64,000 nucleotides of DNA, taken from the NCBI RefSeq assembly GCF_001447785.1, contig NW_015174274.1:1501440-1565439 (forward strand), in the 5' to 3' direction. The position numbers and the translations under genes were made by a program. This document shows, in pieces, positions 60,691 through 64,000 of the stretch (the first letter of the stretch is position 1; every line of letters starts with the position of its first letter). The DNA comes from Gekko japonicus (taxonomy: Eukaryota). The notes under the pieces were generated by a model that was given only the letters and a program-made list of their open reading frames with translations, searched no databases and was not told where the DNA came from.

Positions 60691-62528
60691 CAGATGGGTT
60701 TCCTGAAGCACTGTGCCAAGAATTAAGTTTTCATATACAAAATAGTTACAGTGACCACCTTTTATTTCAGTGTTTCCATGAATAATTACAGCAATAACTG
60801 CATTTTGTTCTCCTTGCAGTTTCATCAATGAAGCTATTATTTCTCAATGGCCAAAGAAAACTGAGTGGTTGGATAATAGAGGGTAGTTGACAAGACCTAA
60901 CAGTTTATTCATTCTAAAATTCAGGGCCAACATTAGGGGATCGACATTATTGGGAATGATACCAAGGTGCATCCTCCATGAAGTGGTCCTGGATCTCCCT
61001 GGCTTTGTATATGCTCTTTCTGCTGTCATTGCTATCTCACTTGGAAGGAACAGCTTCTGCCAGTCACCGTTCTCTCTAGTTGGCAGAGTGGATTGTGCAT
61101 CAGGGCTTCTCAAAACCTGGAGTCAACATAGAGGTGCAATTTGCCTATTTTCTGCAGGCAGCACTCCACTGAAGCACCCCTATTACCCACCAGTTCTCAA
61201 ATAAGTGTGTGTGGGGGGCGAAATGGGGGGAGGAGGTCATTGAGGATGTCACTTCCAGCTGAGGCTCAGTAATGATGTTAATGGCACTCCAGGATTTTTC
61301 ATCAGTGATACTAATTCCGGGTTTTAGCAGGAAGTGACATTACCTTTTCCCTATGGGTCCCCCCCCCCAGTCTTCTGGTGGTTCCAACCAAGAAACTGTA
61401 GAAACCATACCAAAATGATGCTGTACGTTAATAAAGATTGTCTTTTTAAAAGAAAGCCTAAAGTATATTGTTTTCATTCAGGTTTTAACACACTATTATA
61501 CAATACAAATGGGGACCCACAACAAAATGTTGTGTCATGTGTTGTTGTTTATAAAAATAAAATGCAATTTAAAAAATGCAACTACACCTTAAAACAAAGG
61601 ACAACACTTGGCACAACTCTACTCCCCTCTGATAATCTATCCCTCTATTTCCCCCCTTTCTCCCATTCCCTTTATCGGGCAACCTAACCCAATTCCACTC
61701 TTTTCTATCATTCCCCTTAGGTGTCAGACTACCCCCATCTCCCCCACACACCTTTTCTCCATCAGTCTACGCAGCCCTTGCTGCTATCCCCACCTACCAC
61801 CCACCCCTGCCACTTCACTCACCCCACTTTTGCCCCCCCCCTTGGCATTCCACTCACTCTCCACAATTGCTGGTCTCCCCACCTTCCTCCCACCCTTGGC
61901 ACTCCCCCCTCACTGTGGCATTCACTCACCCCCACCCTTGCTTTCTTCCCAACTGTTCCCACCCTTGGCTTGGGGGGCAAAGGGCGTCACAGGAGGGGAT
62001 GCTCGCGGGGGTTCCTTTCCCCATCACTGCTAATTTCCCACATGACTCAGTGGGGGGAGAGACTTGTGAGGGAGAGACTTGCATGGAGGAATCCTATATC
62101 CCCCCAAGTCCAAAGCCAGGTGCTGCCAGTCTCCTACTTTTGCTGCCAGGCGAGGGGTGGCTGCTTGCATTCTCTGCTGCTGCTGCAGAGCCTGGTGTGG
62201 GTGCCAACATCTTCCACTTCTAACAGCCAAGTGCAGTGTGGGGGCGCAGGCAAGGAGGGAGCTGTGGGCAGGACGGGCCTGCCAGGTAGGTAAGGGGGTG
62301 GTGGTAGAAGAGGCTGGCAGGTTGGCATAGAGAAGTTAAGTGCGGGGAGCTGGGGGGGTCCTAAGGAGATTTCGTCTGGCTGGGGGCAGCTGCAGCTCGA
62401 CTTCCCTTCCTCCCTCCTTCCTGGCTGGCCTGGGCTCCACTCCGCTGGATCCCTCCTGGCTCATCCTCATGCTCAACCAGCCCCAGAGCCTCCAGTGTTT
62501 TCCTAAGGTGGTGGTGGAGGAAGTAGAG

Positions 62529-62964
62529 NNNNNNNNNNNNNNNNNNNNNNNNNNNNNNNNNNNNNNNNNNNNNNNNNNNNNNNNNNNNNNNNNNNNNNNN
62601 NNNNNNNNNNNNNNNNNNNNNNNNNNNNNNNNNNNNNNNNNNNNNNNNNNNNNNNNNNNNNNNNNNNNNNNNNNNNNNNNNNNNNNNNNNNNNNNNNNNN
62701 NNNNNNNNNNNNNNNNNNNNNNNNNNNNNNNNNNNNNNNNNNNNNNNNNNNNNNNNNNNNNNNNNNNNNNNNNNNNNNNNNNNNNNNNNNNNNNNNNNNN
62801 NNNNNNNNNNNNNNNNNNNNNNNNNNNNNNNNNNNNNNNNNNNNNNNNNNNNNNNNNNNNNNNNNNNNNNNNNNNNNNNNNNNNNNNNNNNNNNNNNNNN
62901 NNNNNNNNNNNNNNNNNNNNNNNNNNNNNNNNNNNNNNNNNNNNNNNNNNNNNNNNNNNNNNNN
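62529..62964. other. Assembly gap within a GC-rich repetitive region
   Basis: Run of N. Confidence 0.99.
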
Positions 62965-64000
62965 CCCCCTTCCCTTCCCCCCCGGCTTCGAAGCGAGGCC
63001 CAAGCGGCAAGCCACTCAGGCCTTGCTGCCCTTCCCGCCTCCCGCTGCTCAGGCCTCGCTGCCCTTCCCGCCCCCTGCCTCTGGCACAGGCGCAGGGGAT
63101 GCTCTGTTACTTTTGGGGGGATTTAAGTATCCCCCCGATATTTTTTTCAGGTTTTAAGATTTTTGTGCACACCTGGGGACCGTACCAAGTATGCACAAAA
63201 CTCTCCTTCCCCCCCAGGTGCCCCCGATGCGTGGATTTAGGTATCCGCACACAGGGGGCATCTTTGGAATTAGATATATAGATATACTATCAGAGAAACA
63301 CTCTAATCACAATATTATATCCAAGAATGTCCTGACTGACATGTCTAACCAGGGTCTTATGTTTACAAGAGCATAATGAAACTGCCCCAAAGCCCTTCCC
63401 CCTGACAGGACAAATTGTTTAAAGAGGAGGCAAGCCAAAAACACAGCAGCAGCCTGTCCCTCCTCTCAGCTTCACTGCCTGGGTGTGGAGGTGTGGTTAT
63501 GCACACATCGCTAACTAGTTTTTAAAAATGGCAGCCGGGAAAACAAGAGGATGGTCAGACCTACCTGACAGCTTGGGTTCACAACAGAGGGATTAGGCCT
63601 TAGGAAATCCGGTTTGAAACCAGATCAGCCCAAAAGGACTGGATTTTCACAGGTATCAAAAAAACATGCAGTAAAGGGGGGGGGGGACGGGATGCAGATA
63701 ACTGGAGCATGACAAACAGATGCATTTTAAATCTGGAAGGGAACAGCTATGGCACCAGATCAAACTGCACATCTGATAGCAGCCAGTGAGTGTCTTCTCC
63801 CGTACAAACCTCCCAATGGTTTTGGAGAGATTCTGAATTAAGTTCCATCCCACAGGAAGTTCTGATTGGCTTCCATGTGCAGCTGGGCTTTCTTAGTAAT
63901 GCCCCCAGAACTCTAGAATGCCCTGGCCCATGAAATGTCTTTGGCCCATTAATATAAGCTTTTCAAAGGAGATTGATGCTTACATTAGCCTTTTATAAAG

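Noticed and set aside
61500-62100. Pro/Leu-rich ORFs and possible Helitron-like ends (also about 440-770 and 10500-10725)
   Set aside because: The ORFs come from low-complexity purine/pyrimidine-skewed repeat sequence, and the termini are too degenerate to classify.
62336-63281. Long ORFs spanning the N runs (also 22951-23331)
   Set aside because: Artefacts of assembly gaps.

Overview
Eukaryotic genomic DNA, most likely from a squamate reptile (possibly a gecko; inferred from Sauria SINE, BovB and the hAT/Penelope repertoire). The window holds the 3' 27 coding exons of a + strand macrophage mannose receptor gene (MRC1/CD206 or a sauropsid MRC1-like paralog). These correspond to human exons 4-30 and encode CTLD1-8, the transmembrane helix and the cytoplasmic tail, from 1493 to the stop at 60654. 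The signal peptide, CysR and FNII exons lie upstream of the window. Introns are filled with BovB, L1, L2, CR1 and Penelope fragments, SINEs, hAT, Harbinger-like and Merlin-like MITEs, and a solo LTR. There are two assembly gaps. All exons splice in frame except exon 10, whose acceptor and first two codons are replaced by L1 sequence. Other points of interest are two GC donors, hammerhead ribozyme motifs in the Penelope ends, and a perfect 67-bp inverted duplication next to exon 27. I found no convincing wholly new biological system. Exon numbers follow the human gene as I recall it, and all family assignments come from motif recognition, not database searches.
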